Notes: generated by a model from the letters alone, not told the origin. 64,000 nt of DNA from a virus (IMGVR_UViG_2757320370_000005); one strand, 5' to 3'. Shown: positions 19,331 through 28,233, counted from the first letter of the stretch. Program-made: numbers and translations.

Positions 19331-20276
19331 GACCACTCACCACCCTTCGCGGTCCCTTAAGAGTCTCTTGCATTTTGGATTTGAGCTTTTCCAGTTCATT
19401 AATTCCACCTTGCAGTTGACCGATGCTTAACTCAATCTCTGCCCGATCCCGGCGTGTATCAATCCAGTTCTGAATGCGCTCGTCAGTCGCTACGCCGCGC
19501 ATCTTAACTGCCGAAGTTAGCAAACCGTGGATGATACTTACATCGCGATACTGTGCATCAATCAACCGCTGTTTTTCTTCGTATTTCCGATCATCGTCAA
19601 CTAGCTTATCCAAAGTGGATTTTGCAACCTCTGGCGGTACGCTCCTCAACTTTTCAGCTCCACTGATAGCCAAGTCAACCGGAACTTTAGCCTCTTTCAG
19701 TGCGGGGAACTCTTCGACTGCTTTCTGATACTGCTCGGCTTTATCCGGCTCCTTCGCTGTTCTGATAGCCTCCTTCTTGCCAAGCGCCGCCAGCGCTGGA
19801 AACTTCTCGACGGCTGCAACATGGCTTCGCGCTTGACTGAGGGTTGGTTGTGGAACTCCTATGAGTTCTGCCACCTTTTCCTCCGAATCAGGCTTGTGCG
19901 GTCTTCCCATTGACTTTTCATTACCGGGCAATGAAATGTCTTCCTTAAGAACTTCCTTCGCGGCATCAGCCAATTCAACTAGGTTCTTTGAAGCCTCAAA
20001 CTCAGTCAGCGCTTTGCGCTTTGTGTTCTCCTCCAGCTCTATCAGCCGCTTCTCCTTTTCGGTAAGGTCGCCCATGGTGCGGGTCTCGACTTCATCCCGC
20101 TTCAGCAGCTTGTGGGCCTCCAGGCGCCGGTGTCCGGCGATCAGGTTACCCGCCTCATCTATAATGATGGGATGCAGCAAGCCACGAGCGTTGATACTCT
20201 CTGCCAGCCCTGCGATGTCGCCCATGTCTTCACGGATGCGGGTGCCGATGTTGATGCTTTTAATTGGTGTCAGCAA
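19323..20276 (-). CDS. ParB/Spo0J N-terminal domain protein
   Basis: GLLHPIII...LIAGHRRLEA...ELEENTKR; HTH segment VAELIGVPQPTLS. Confidence 0.9.
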   Translation of the reverse strand: MLTPIKSINIGTRIREDMGDIAGLAESINARGLLHPIIIDEAGNLIAGHRRLEAHKLLKRDEVETRTMGDLTEKEKRLIELEENTKRKALTEFEASKNLVELADAAKEVLKEDISLPGNEKSMGRPHKPDSEEKVAELIGVPQPTLSQARSHVAAVEKFPALAALGKKEAIRTAKEPDKAEQYQKAVEEFPALKEAKVPVDLAISGAEKLRSVPPEVAKSTLDKLVDDDRKYEEKQRLIDAQYRDVSIIHGLLTSAVKMRGVATDERIQNWIDTRRDRAEIELSIGQLQGGINELEKLKSKMQETLKGPRRVVSGRE

Positions 20277-20362
20277 GTGTGTTCACCATCCTTTCTGGTA
20301 CTAATCGTAAAGTGATTAAGCTATACATGCGTTGCGATGTTACTACGGATTTCGAGGCATAT

Positions 20363-20602
20363 TTATTTTTCTAGCGGAGTGCCTTGTTCAATTCGTGTCT
20401 CTGGGAGACACCCCGCCTCATGAAAATTTTCAATTGGAACTTGAAAGAGTTGACTCAGCTTCACAACCTCATCCACATAGAACCGAACATGACCGTTTTC
20501 TTTTCTAGAATAAGTTGTAATAGAAAGACCCAGTTCCTTAGCGGCTTCTTTTGCTTGCATCCCTGAATTAACTCTAGCTGCTTTAACACTAATCTTTAGC
20601 AT
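20363..20602 (-). CDS. Cro-like HTH regulator
   Basis: Divergent from the repressor; AAKELGLSITTYSRKENG. Confidence 0.9.
   Translation of the reverse strand: MLKISVKAARVNSGMQAKEAAKELGLSITTYSRKENGHVRFYVDEVVKLSQLFQVPIENFHEAGCLPETRIEQGTPLEK
20395..20411. promoter_or_regulatory. Auxiliary 17-bp operator-like site inside the cro 3' end
   Basis: GTGTCTCTGGGAGACAC, 2 mismatches to the palindrome at 20629. Confidence 0.6.
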
Positions 20603-20628
20603 TCGCTCACCTCCCTGTTCTCGGTGTC

Positions 20629-20733
20629 GTGTCTCCCGGAGACACCCATAGATTAGCACCTGGATTAGGCATCGTCAACCCCTAAAAGACACGTAATTAT
20701 ATTTTTCTTGTATAAAGTGTCTTTTTAAGGTTA
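20629..20733. promoter_or_regulatory. Cro/CI divergent control region with operators
   Basis: Perfect palindrome GTGTCTCC-C-GGAGACAC (20629-20645) plus two GTGTCT half-site copies at ~20684 and ~20717. Confidence 0.75.
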
Positions 20734-20769
20734 TACTATATTCAAACATTAGATGAAGGAGATTTTTAA

Positions 20770-21417
20770 ATGACTGGTTCTGAGGATAGAAAATTATTTT
20801 ATAGTGTAGTGGGAAGAAACATAAAAAAGTACCGTGACATTAGAAATTACAGTCTTCAGATATTGGCTGAAAAAGTTGGAATCACAAAGAAAACTGTTCA
20901 ACGGTATGAAAATGGAGAACATAAATTCGACATGGATAGACTTAAAGATCTTGCAACGGCACTCGATGTTACAGTAAACCAACTAACAGAAGGTGCTTAT
21001 ACATATACAGGAAATGAAATTCAAGACTCTGAATACATAAGCTTGCCTGTGGTAGGAAAGATTTCTTGCGGCAATGGTCAATTAGCATATGAATCCATTG
21101 AAGGATATGAGACAACTCCACGTTCGTGGATCAACGGTGGAGAATATTTCTATCTGAGAGCGAAGGGCGATAGCATGAATGGCGCACGTATTTTTGAAGG
21201 GGATCTGTTGCTGATCCGTAAGCAGGAAGAGGTCGAAGACGGTGAAATTGCGGCTGTACTAATTGATGATGAGGCGGTCTTGAAAAAAGTATACGTGCAG
21301 AATAACACTTTGATTCTGCAATCTACTAATCCTAACTACCCACCAATTATTTTTACGGGTGATAATTCGAACATTCGCATCATCGGAAAACTAAAGAAAG
21401 TTGTTATTAATTTCTGA
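20770..21417 (+). CDS. CI-like repressor (XRE HTH + S24 autopeptidase), SOS-inducible
   Basis: HTH; SCG cleavage-site region; GDSM serine and VLKK lysine. Confidence 0.95.
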   Translation: MTGSEDRKLFYSVVGRNIKKYRDIRNYSLQILAEKVGITKKTVQRYENGEHKFDMDRLKDLATALDVTVNQLTEGAYTYTGNEIQDSEYISLPVVGKISCGNGQLAYESIEGYETTPRSWINGGEYFYLRAKGDSMNGARIFEGDLLLIRKQEEVEDGEIAAVLIDDEAVLKKVYVQNNTLILQSTNPNYPPIIFTGDNSNIRIIGKLKKVVINF

Positions 21418-21433
21418 GCATCAATAATAAAGC

Positions 21434-21461
21434 TGCCCGCCTCAACTTCTGGGCGGGCAGA
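21434..21461. terminator. Hairpin between convergent genes
   Basis: CTGCCCGC...GCGGGCAG inverted repeat. Confidence 0.65.
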
Positions 21462-21463
21462 TT

Positions 21464-21739
21464 CTACATGTTTATGTAGGTGTGTGCAACTCTACCGACG
21501 ATAAAAACAGCCTCTCTATCTTCTTCGGAAAAGGCCGGATTAGAAGGTACTAATTTGTATACCCCACCCTTCCGCTCAACTCTTCTGAAATCGAGTTGAG
21601 AGATATCAGAGACTCTTGCGATAGCACAAATATCACGAATCTGGTAAGTGTCCGCTTCTTGCACAAGGACATAGTCCCCAGGGTAAAGGCGATCACCAGT
21701 CATACTATCATCGCCAACTCGGTAATAGAATTCATTCAT
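21464..21739 (-). CDS. Stand-alone S24/LexA C-terminal-like domain, probably inactive
   Basis: VGDDSMTGDRLYPGDYVLV...LVPSNPAF...IVGRV; catalytic Lys position reads Arg (FRRV). Confidence 0.75.
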   Translation of the reverse strand: MNEFYYRVGDDSMTGDRLYPGDYVLVQEADTYQIRDICAIARVSDISQLDFRRVERKGGVYKLVPSNPAFSEEDREAVFIVGRVAHTYINM

Positions 21740-21798
21740 ACCATAACGCACCCCCATGATGATATAATTCATTATAAAAGCTTAAGGAAGGAGAAAAT

Positions 21799-22035
21799 AT
21801 GGCGTTCCTGCTCGGGGAATGCCTACTACTGGAATTGTTAGAACAAGTCGATATGTCCCAAGCTGAATTTGCAAAACGCTTGAAATGTTCGAGACAATAT
21901 GTAGGCCAACTTATTACTAAAAAAGACAACGCCACAATGTCTCTTGAATTTGCAATTAATGCTGCAGACGTTTTAGGTTGTTCTGTAAATGAACTTTATA
22001 CACTTCGTGAGACCAGTAGTAGGAAAGGGCATTAA
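21799..22035 (+). CDS. XRE-family HTH protein
   Basis: MSQAEFAKRLKCSRQYVGQL; AAGGAGG RBS. Confidence 0.85.
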   Translation: MAFLLGECLLLELLEQVDMSQAEFAKRLKCSRQYVGQLITKKDNATMSLEFAINAADVLGCSVNELYTLRETSSRKGH

Positions 22036-22164
22036 GCCCTCCCCCGAGCAGAGTGTCAAGCTATAACTTGACTACCTAGTAGAATTATATCTCTTTTTGC
22101 CAAATAATACTGTCGCTCTCTGTCGCATATTATTTTACCGTTCAAACTGTATGAACGGTAATGA

Positions 22165-22479
22165 TCAATCCATTTTACTTCGATTTCTCCTCGAAACCCT
22201 CACACTCTTTCCTTCTTTGGTTTTGTCGAAATATGCTTCGTTCGAAATTTTGTCATAATACTGTACCAGATTGATATTGGTCAAGTTAGATTTCTCTAAA
22301 GATTCGAATCCTTCTGACAGCAGAACTTCAGCAAAATCCTTAAGTGTAACAGCAGGCCTATAGACCTGATCCTTTGTATGGATCAGCGTCAATCTTTCTG
22401 CGGCGTGGATAAACAGCACCTCTTTAGAGTTAATTACATCGGCATTGCCGGTCTTTAAATGGATCACTGGGATGTCCAT
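22165..22479 (-). CDS. Stand-alone LytTR DNA-binding domain protein
   Basis: EVLFIHA...TLKDF...FESLEKSNLTNIN...VRVSRR. Confidence 0.85.
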   Translation of the reverse strand: MDIPVIHLKTGNADVINSKEVLFIHAAERLTLIHTKDQVYRPAVTLKDFAEVLLSEGFESLEKSNLTNINLVQYYDKISNEAYFDKTKEGKSVRVSRRNRSKMD

Positions 22480-22613
22480 ATGATTATCACCTCAGGTATA
22501 TCTTTCCGCATATTAAAGACAATCATACAAACATTGTAAAAATTCGTAGTAAAATTTTCCTATCTCTGGTAGACTTGCTTTGTAAATTATTATCATTTTT
22601 AGGGGGAAGAAGA

Positions 22614-23219
22614 TTGAAAAAGCCGATTTATAAGAAATGGTGGTTTTGGATTGTATTAATCATTGTTATCGCTGCTATTGGTAATATGGGTGATGACACA
22701 GAATCAACTGCTTCTGTCGAACCAGTTGCAACCAAGCAAGCTCAAGCTGCAATTGCTGAAAAGACCGACGCTCCCACTGCAACTCCAACTGCTGAGGAAC
22801 TAAAGGCAATTGAAGAAGAAACAAAGAAAAAAGCGGAAGCAGATAAAAAGGCTAAGGAAGAAGCAGAAGCTAAAGATAAAGCTGCAGCTGAAGCTAAGGC
22901 AAAAGAGGATAGTGTCCCTAGAGAACATAAATCAGCATTAAAAAAAGCGGAAATGTATGCAGAAGCTATGAATATGTCAAAGACAGGCATTTACGATCAG
23001 TTGACTTCTGAATATGGAGAGAATTTTCCACCAGAAGCCGCTCAATATGCCATCGATAACATTGTATTTGATTGGAAAGAAAATGCATTAAAAAAGGCAC
23101 AATCATATGCAGAAGATATGAGTATGTCAGATTCGGCTGTTTACGATCAATTGATTTCAGAATACGGGGAAAAATTCACTGCGGAAGAAGCGCAATATGC
23201 GATAGATAATTTAGAATAA
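22614..23219 (+). CDS. ltp: Ltp-family surface protein, putative superinfection exclusion
   Basis: N-terminal KKWWFW TM anchor, A/K/E linker, two ALKKAxxY...YDQL.SEYGE.F..E.AQYAIDN repeats; no lipobox Cys seen. Confidence 0.88.
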   Translation: MKKPIYKKWWFWIVLIIVIAAIGNMGDDTESTASVEPVATKQAQAAIAEKTDAPTATPTAEELKAIEEETKKKAEADKKAKEEAEAKDKAAAEAKAKEDSVPREHKSALKKAEMYAEAMNMSKTGIYDQLTSEYGENFPPEAAQYAIDNIVFDWKENALKKAQSYAEDMSMSDSAVYDQLISEYGEKFTAEEAQYAIDNLE

Positions 23220-23230
23220 GATAAGTAACA

Positions 23231-23272
23231 AAAAAATCCCTACCAGCCACAAAGGCCAGAAGGGATTTTTTT
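23231..23272. terminator. Bidirectional intrinsic terminator
   Basis: A7-TCCC...GGGA-T7. Confidence 0.7.
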
Positions 23273-23624
23273 AATATGAAACCGCAAGAATATCCTCTAT
23301 CTTAATCCAATCCCAGTCGTCCTCGGACCAGCGCAGCTTGATCTGTCTCAGCTGCCGGTCTACGGACAACACAATGCCTTTGTACTGCGGCTCCTCAAAC
23401 GGGTCATACATCGTAATTGTAACCGGCACCCTCTCGTTAAGCGACAGCCTCAGCCCCCTCTCAATCTCAGCCAGTCTAAACTCGTCCAGCTCCGGCTTTA
23501 CGCGGCGGACCTGATTCCGCTCCTCGCTGATTATGCGCAGCTTGTGCTCTGGTATAATCATCCGGCTGCTCTCCCACAGTCCATTTCCTTCAAGCTTCCT
23601 GCGCTGTGGTGGTTTCAATATCAT
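23271..23624 (-). CDS. yolD: YolD-like protein
   Basis: LWESSRMIIPEH...KPELDE...WIKIEDIL. Confidence 0.88.
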   Translation of the reverse strand: MILKPPQRRKLEGNGLWESSRMIIPEHKLRIISEERNQVRRVKPELDEFRLAEIERGLRLSLNERVPVTITMYDPFEEPQYKGIVLSVDRQLRQIKLRWSEDDWDWIKIEDILAVSY

Positions 23625-23844
23625 CTACAACTCCCTTAATCACTCGTAAGGCCCTTGGCTTGTTGTGACCCCGCTGTATATATCCTTTGTACTCCAGTCG
23701 TTCCAATAGCCCATGTATGACTGCAGTCGAGCTTAGTCCTACCTCTTTCGCGAGTTCACGCAAGGTCGGCGGGTAATGGTCCCTGGCAACGATCATGATC
23801 AACGCCTCCAGGACTTCTTTTTCTTTATCTGTAATTGGCTTCAC
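23590..23844 (-). CDS. Stand-alone LexA-type winged-HTH DNA-binding domain
   Basis: YPPTLRELAKEVGLSSTAVIHGLLERLEYKGYIQR...PRAL; no peptidase domain. Confidence 0.88.
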   Translation of the reverse strand: MKPITDKEKEVLEALIMIVARDHYPPTLRELAKEVGLSSTAVIHGLLERLEYKGYIQRGHNKPRALRVIKGVVDDIETTTAQEA

Positions 23845-24038
23845 GCGATTGCTCCCTTCTTAATTAACTGCCAAGCGAGTATATTCGCCGCCAGGAACAA
23901 GCGCGGTGCGCCTGTAGTTATACATGTGGCCCGGATGCGACCGTTACGGATACCGTTTACCTCGATCTTACGCTGGGTGATCTCTCCGCTCTTTGCTTGA
24001 TATACAATTTCAATGGTTTGACCAATCTGCATTTGCAT
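23841..24038 (-). CDS. Small WYL-like domain protein
   Basis: IEIVYQAKSGEITQRKI...ATC...PRLF. Confidence 0.7.
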   Translation of the reverse strand: MQMQIGQTIEIVYQAKSGEITQRKIEVNGIRNGRIRATCITTGAPRLFLAANILAWQLIKKGAIA

Positions 24039-24057
24039 GTTGATTCCCTCCAAAATA

Positions 24058-24102
24058 AGAACGTTTGTTTGTATTATATGCGTGAAAGGGATTTTTAAGC
24101 AA
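24058..24102 (-). promoter_or_regulatory. SigA promoter with SOS (LexA) box for the WYL-lexA-yolD operon
   Basis: TTGCTT-18-TATAAT followed by the GAAC-N4-GTTT site at 24059-24070. Confidence 0.7.
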
Positions 24103-24239
24103 TGGAAAATAATTCTTCATGCTCTTATTTTGTTCGCTTCTCAATGAGTATCTTTTGTGCCATTATTAAATTACAGCAAGGGACACACGGATCACCAATA
24201 AGCCGGATATACCGGATGAGGGCGAGAGGATGAATTCAT

Positions 24240-24602
24240 ATGATGAACGTAAAAATTAACGGCACTGACAAAACTGCAACTCTGAGCATGTTCAATGATA
24301 ATACTGGAGTAGATTCTGTTGTAGACTTCGTTGGAAACTATGATGCTTTGGCCGATGGGAAGTTCGTTTACGACGATGAAACCGGTACATACAGTACCGA
24401 TCAAGATACCTTCGACTGGTGGGACAAAGTCATTACCGATAACAAGTTGCTCGAAGAACGCATTGCTGATTTGAAGGTCAAACACGATCCAGAAGCCGTT
24501 GACGAGGTTGTGCACGCCTCTGCTGATGTTGACTTAGAAGACATGGCGGCAGCCGTGAACAAGGCTCTGGACGAAGGATTCGAGGGTTCAGAGGGAAAGT
24601 AA
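24240..24602 (+). CDS. Small highly acidic protein; anti-CRISPR/anti-defence candidate
   Basis: About 24% D/E; first gene of an operon; ends G GGA AAG TAA. Confidence 0.75.
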   Translation: MMNVKINGTDKTATLSMFNDNTGVDSVVDFVGNYDALADGKFVYDDETGTYSTDQDTFDWWDKVITDNKLLEERIADLKVKHDPEAVDEVVHASADVDLEDMAAAVNKALDEGFEGSEGK

Positions 24603-24778
24603 CACCGCTCCTCGAATACGTAGATGTTCCCTGGGTGGCTAACCACCTGGAGAAGTCGCGCCGCAATGTAGATATTGCGGCAAAGCGAGCGCTGAATCCG
24701 AAATATCGCGGGTCATTCCTGCGCCCGGATGCAGTGGTCGAGGGGCGGCCCCTTTGGTTAAAGGATCGCTGGCTGTGA
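24599..24778 (+). CDS. Start-less 59-codon HTH-like ORF in the -1 frame of the acidic gene; not in the ORF track
   Basis: VTPLLEYVDVPWVANHLEKSRRNVDIAAKR...FLRPDAVVEGRPLW resembles AlpA/excisionase-type HTH; its TGA overlaps the next GTG start. Confidence 0.6.
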   Translation, partial: VTPLLEYVDVPWVANHLEKSRRNVDIAAKRALNPKYRGSFLRPDAVVEGRPLWLKDRWL

Positions 24779-25449
24779 ATAAGACGAGGAAACCCAGGAA
24801 GCTTAAATATACCAATCAACAAATACTGGACGCGATTCGTCACCAGTATCGCTTGCACGAAGATTGTTTAACATCTGATCAGTATAAGGATTCACGCCAA
24901 TTGCCTAATCTATCAACCGCTATTAAGCGGTTCGGATCTGTTAAGGCCGTATGGAAGGCAGCTGGCCTTAAAGTCCCTAAGAAAAAAACAAACTATGCAA
25001 GTAAACGGTATGTGAATTTCAAAACGATTTCTATAGAGGAATTGTTGGAGTTTTTACGCCATTCTCTTCTAACCATCGGGTATATCCCGTTGGCATTGGA
25101 TTACTCCAAGATGAAACAAAAACCACCACTCGCGGCCTTATCTAACCGGGGTCTGACATGGAGACAATCAGTGGAAAAGGCTGGATTCAGTTTCGATAAA
25201 TCCCGAGAGGCGGGAAAGCTAATCCCCTTGGATGAAGGATTTGCTAATTCCAGAAAATATCGTGACCGGGCAAGAAAGCAAAAACTTCGTGCAGAGCTTG
25301 TGCGTTTAGGGCGTTGCCCTCAATGCCGGAAGCCATGGGAAGAACCAAAACCAAATGGAAGAGGAAAAAAACCGGATCATTGTCGCCAATGTCAGATTTA
25401 TTACAAAGAAAGATATGAGGACAGACGGAGGAATGTAGATGAAAGCTAA
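24775..25449 (+). CDS. Protein with two HNH-associated repeats and a C-terminal zinc ribbon; no nuclease domain
   Basis: YTNQQILDAIR...PNLSTAIKRFGS...AAGL, second copy, CPQC...CRQC. Confidence 0.75.
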   Translation: MNKTRKPRKLKYTNQQILDAIRHQYRLHEDCLTSDQYKDSRQLPNLSTAIKRFGSVKAVWKAAGLKVPKKKTNYASKRYVNFKTISIEELLEFLRHSLLTIGYIPLALDYSKMKQKPPLAALSNRGLTWRQSVEKAGFSFDKSREAGKLIPLDEGFANSRKYRDRARKQKLRAELVRLGRCPQCRKPWEEPKPNGRGKKPDHCRQCQIYYKERYEDRRRNVDES

Positions 25450-25945
25450 TCATAGGTTATGCCCCATCTGCAACAACCCGTTGGGCCGTAACAAGAACTG
25501 TTGCTCCATGGCCTGCTATGCAGTGCATAAGTCTAATTTCAAACCCTGTGTAATTTGCCATAAGTCATTTCAAGCCCCGCCCAGCAGCTTAGCAGTCACC
25601 TGTAGCACGACGTGTTCCAAAGAGCACAGGCGGCGTTTGGCCGCAGACGGTGTTAACTCGGCTGCATTAGAAAAGGCTCACGCTGCCCAGCCCAGCAATC
25701 CGCTGACCGGACGGTTTGAGACGCATGTCAACGCTAAAGACTGGGTAATCCTCTCTCCAGATGGCACAGAGCACCGCTGCCGCAATCTAATGCTGTGGCT
25801 GCGGGAACACGCCGATCTGCTAGATGGGACCGTCATACAGGCATTTGACGGGTTTGCGAAGATGAAACAGACTGCGCTTGGAAAAAGGCCCAAAAACAAA
25901 AGCTATCAGTGGAGGGGTTGGAGGCTTAAAGATTGGGGCGATTAA
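25439..25945 (+). CDS. Cys-rich zinc-ribbon protein with homing-endonuclease-like DNA-binding C-terminus
   Basis: CPIC, CCSMAC, CVIC, CSTTC; ends YQWRGW; no HNH or GIY-YIG motif. Confidence 0.7.
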   Translation: MKANHRLCPICNNPLGRNKNCCSMACYAVHKSNFKPCVICHKSFQAPPSSLAVTCSTTCSKEHRRRLAADGVNSAALEKAHAAQPSNPLTGRFETHVNAKDWVILSPDGTEHRCRNLMLWLREHADLLDGTVIQAFDGFAKMKQTALGKRPKNKSYQWRGWRLKDWGD

Positions 25946-25977
25946 CCGTCGCAGCATTAACAGTCCGGATAACACAA

Positions 25978-26015
25978 ACACCCCGTTAACCTTGATTGGT
26001 TGGCGGGGTGTTATT
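25978..26015. terminator. Bidirectional terminator
   Basis: ACACCCCG...CGGGGTGT followed by TATTTT. Confidence 0.7.
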
Positions 26016-26020
26016 TTATG

Positions 26021-27376
26021 CTAAATGATCCGCGCTGCCTCGGACACAATCCTATTTACATTTGTCTCCTGAGGATAAAATATATACTTCCCTTGATCAA
26101 TCGCGTATGCCTTAGCCTCCCACATAGCCGCGTGAGAGATAAATCTAGTAAGCACGGCGATAACGTCAGCTTGGTCAAGGCTGGCATAAAAGTCAGGGTC
26201 TAGCTTGTCAGCGTTATGGGTGAGTATGCGGCAAGGGTAATCGCCTGAACTCCTCCGCCGGTTACCGCCAATGATGGCTAGAGTCTTGCCTGCCAGCTTG
26301 GAGAGATCATCTACAGTGTCACCTAGCTCAATTGCTTCTCTCAGCTCCGGCGGCTCTCCGGCATCCGCCGGCTTCTCATCTGGCCGGAGTTGTCGCAGCT
26401 CGCCCATCAACTCTCCGATAAAGCTTTTCAATTCCCGGATGCGCCGCTGGTCTTCTTGGCTCCTTGCTTCGGACGGCTGGTTCTGCTGCTCTAACCCCCT
26501 GATCCTCTCATTGGCTGCCCCTAGCTTATCCCGCAACCCGGCTAACTCATGCTTTTGCTTCTCGGACTCTCGCATAAGGGCTGTGGACTGTACGGATTTT
26601 TTTTGAATATCCTCTGTGAGTTGACCGATCCACCGTAGTAAGAAGGCATTATCCCCCTTCTCACGCCGGAACAACTGGCCGATATATTTTGTCCGTTGAT
26701 CCTCCAGTGCTGGAGCGATGGGGAAATACATAATGGCAAAGCGCGTCCGCGCAGCTCCATACATTTTGGCGTAGAGGTCCGGTGTCCACCCCATAGCCCC
26801 AATATATAAGATTTCTTCCTGGATAAAATACACGTTCGCCGCACGCCAAAAGGACGAACGCTCGGCTTCAGTTACAACCTTTGCAGCCACCTCCCGCCGA
26901 GCTTGCTGCTCTGTTTTCCAGCTTGCTGTAAGTCCGATGGCTGCTGCGCCAGTCTCAATTTCAGAACGAAGCAGCTCCCCGACAGCAGCGCGCCAGTCTT
27001 CCAGCGCATACTCCACATAGGCTCCCCAAAAGGCACGCTCCTGGTCCTGATAAATCTCATAGCGGCGCTTATGGCCCTCCTGCATTAACTCCCCTATCTC
27101 TGGATCAATCGCCCCGCCGTAGTCGATGTTAACCTGCAATATATCCTTGCGAGAGTCTTGATCGCGGTAAATAAAACGCTCTGGAGGATACGCCGTGCTG
27201 CATTTAGTGCATTGGATAGGTCTTACTTGGTGGTTAGTATCATCCATTGCATCCTCCAGCTTACGATACAGCATACGCCCGTAATCATGGATCATGACCT
27301 CGGCATAATGGTTGCATTTGGTGCAGCGACCTACTGAGTAGACCTTAACGTGTACAGGTTTGTCCATAAAGTCCAT
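26021..27376 (-). CDS. Zinc-ribbon + coiled-coil + DUF2325-like domain protein
   Basis: CTKC...CTKC; C-terminal LAGKTLAIIGG...ADVIAVLTRFISH. Confidence 0.75.
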   Translation of the reverse strand: MDFMDKPVHVKVYSVGRCTKCNHYAEVMIHDYGRMLYRKLEDAMDDTNHQVRPIQCTKCSTAYPPERFIYRDQDSRKDILQVNIDYGGAIDPEIGELMQEGHKRRYEIYQDQERAFWGAYVEYALEDWRAAVGELLRSEIETGAAAIGLTASWKTEQQARREVAAKVVTEAERSSFWRAANVYFIQEEILYIGAMGWTPDLYAKMYGAARTRFAIMYFPIAPALEDQRTKYIGQLFRREKGDNAFLLRWIGQLTEDIQKKSVQSTALMRESEKQKHELAGLRDKLGAANERIRGLEQQNQPSEARSQEDQRRIRELKSFIGELMGELRQLRPDEKPADAGEPPELREAIELGDTVDDLSKLAGKTLAIIGGNRRRSSGDYPCRILTHNADKLDPDFYASLDQADVIAVLTRFISHAAMWEAKAYAIDQGKYIFYPQETNVNRIVSEAARII

Positions 27377-27379
27377 GAG

Positions 27380-27589
27380 TTACTGATCCTCCTGTTTTTT
27401 GCGTCGTACTACCTCAGACAACTCTAAATCGTATACCTCGCATATTCGGTCCAGCACCTCCAAGGACACATAACCGTCTTTCCACAGCTTTGACGCCGTG
27501 GTTGGGGATATGCCGACCTTTGCTATAAAATCCATCTTTTTAATTGTGCGCTTTACTAGCATTATACGCAGCGGTTCATACGTTATCAT
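27380..27589 (-). CDS. Cro/C1-type HTH regulator (HTH_26-like)
   Basis: ITYEPL...VGISPTTASKL...VSLEVLDRIC. Confidence 0.88.
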   Translation of the reverse strand: MITYEPLRIMLVKRTIKKMDFIAKVGISPTTASKLWKDGYVSLEVLDRICEVYDLELSEVVRRKKQEDQ

Positions 27590-27611
27590 TTACTTTCCAC
27601 CTCCACAGCTA

Positions 27612-27728
27612 AAACTATACACGTAACTAGATATAGTTTCAACATCACGGAATTATTTTCGCAAACCTATTGACTTAACTTCCGTGAAGGTGTAATATAA
27701 TAAACAAGAAGACGGAATAATATCCGTC
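27612..27728. promoter_or_regulatory. Divergent promoter region with three inverted repeats
   Basis: TTGACT(27670)-17-TAATAT; TCACGGAA/TTCCGTGA (27645, 27680); GACGGA-N6-TCCGTC (27711-27728); AAACTATA/TATAGTTT. Confidence 0.7.
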
Positions 27729-27751
27729 AAAACGAAAATGGAGGAATTAAA

Positions 27752-28156
27752 ATGAACATCACTCAAATGTACGAAATGGTTAAAGGTATCTACGCTGCAA
27801 ACGAAGACAAGTATGTTGCGATTGGCCTTCGCTTCGAAGACAAGGAACGCGAGATCGGCGAGGTTTGCGAGTACAGCAAACACAATGCCGACCGCGACGA
27901 TGAGCGTGATTTTCCTGAGTTCGGCTCCGAGGATTACGAGGACATGTTCGAACTGGACGGCACATCCGCGTGGGACATGAGCGTTGACTCCACGTACCGG
28001 ATCGAGCGGTGGCAAGACCCCGAAAAGGATTGCTCATTACATTTCGAGCCTCTCTACTGTTACGTAATCGCTGGCAACACCACTCGCACCCATTCAGACG
28101 CCGACCCAGGCGAGGTTGTAATCAAGGATGCTATTGTTATTGCACAAATCTTCTAA
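27752..28156 (+). CDS. Small highly acidic protein; anti-defence candidate
   Basis: About a quarter D/E; GGAGG RBS; strong promoter. Confidence 0.8.
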   Translation: MNITQMYEMVKGIYAANEDKYVAIGLRFEDKEREIGEVCEYSKHNADRDDERDFPEFGSEDYEDMFELDGTSAWDMSVDSTYRIERWQDPEKDCSLHFEPLYCYVIAGNTTRTHSDADPGEVVIKDAIVIAQIF

Positions 28157-28233
28157 TCGACAAGGGCCGCTACAGCCCCTCTATATACACGCCGCAGACA
28201 CACTAAGGTGTCGGGTATGAAGGAGAACTACTC

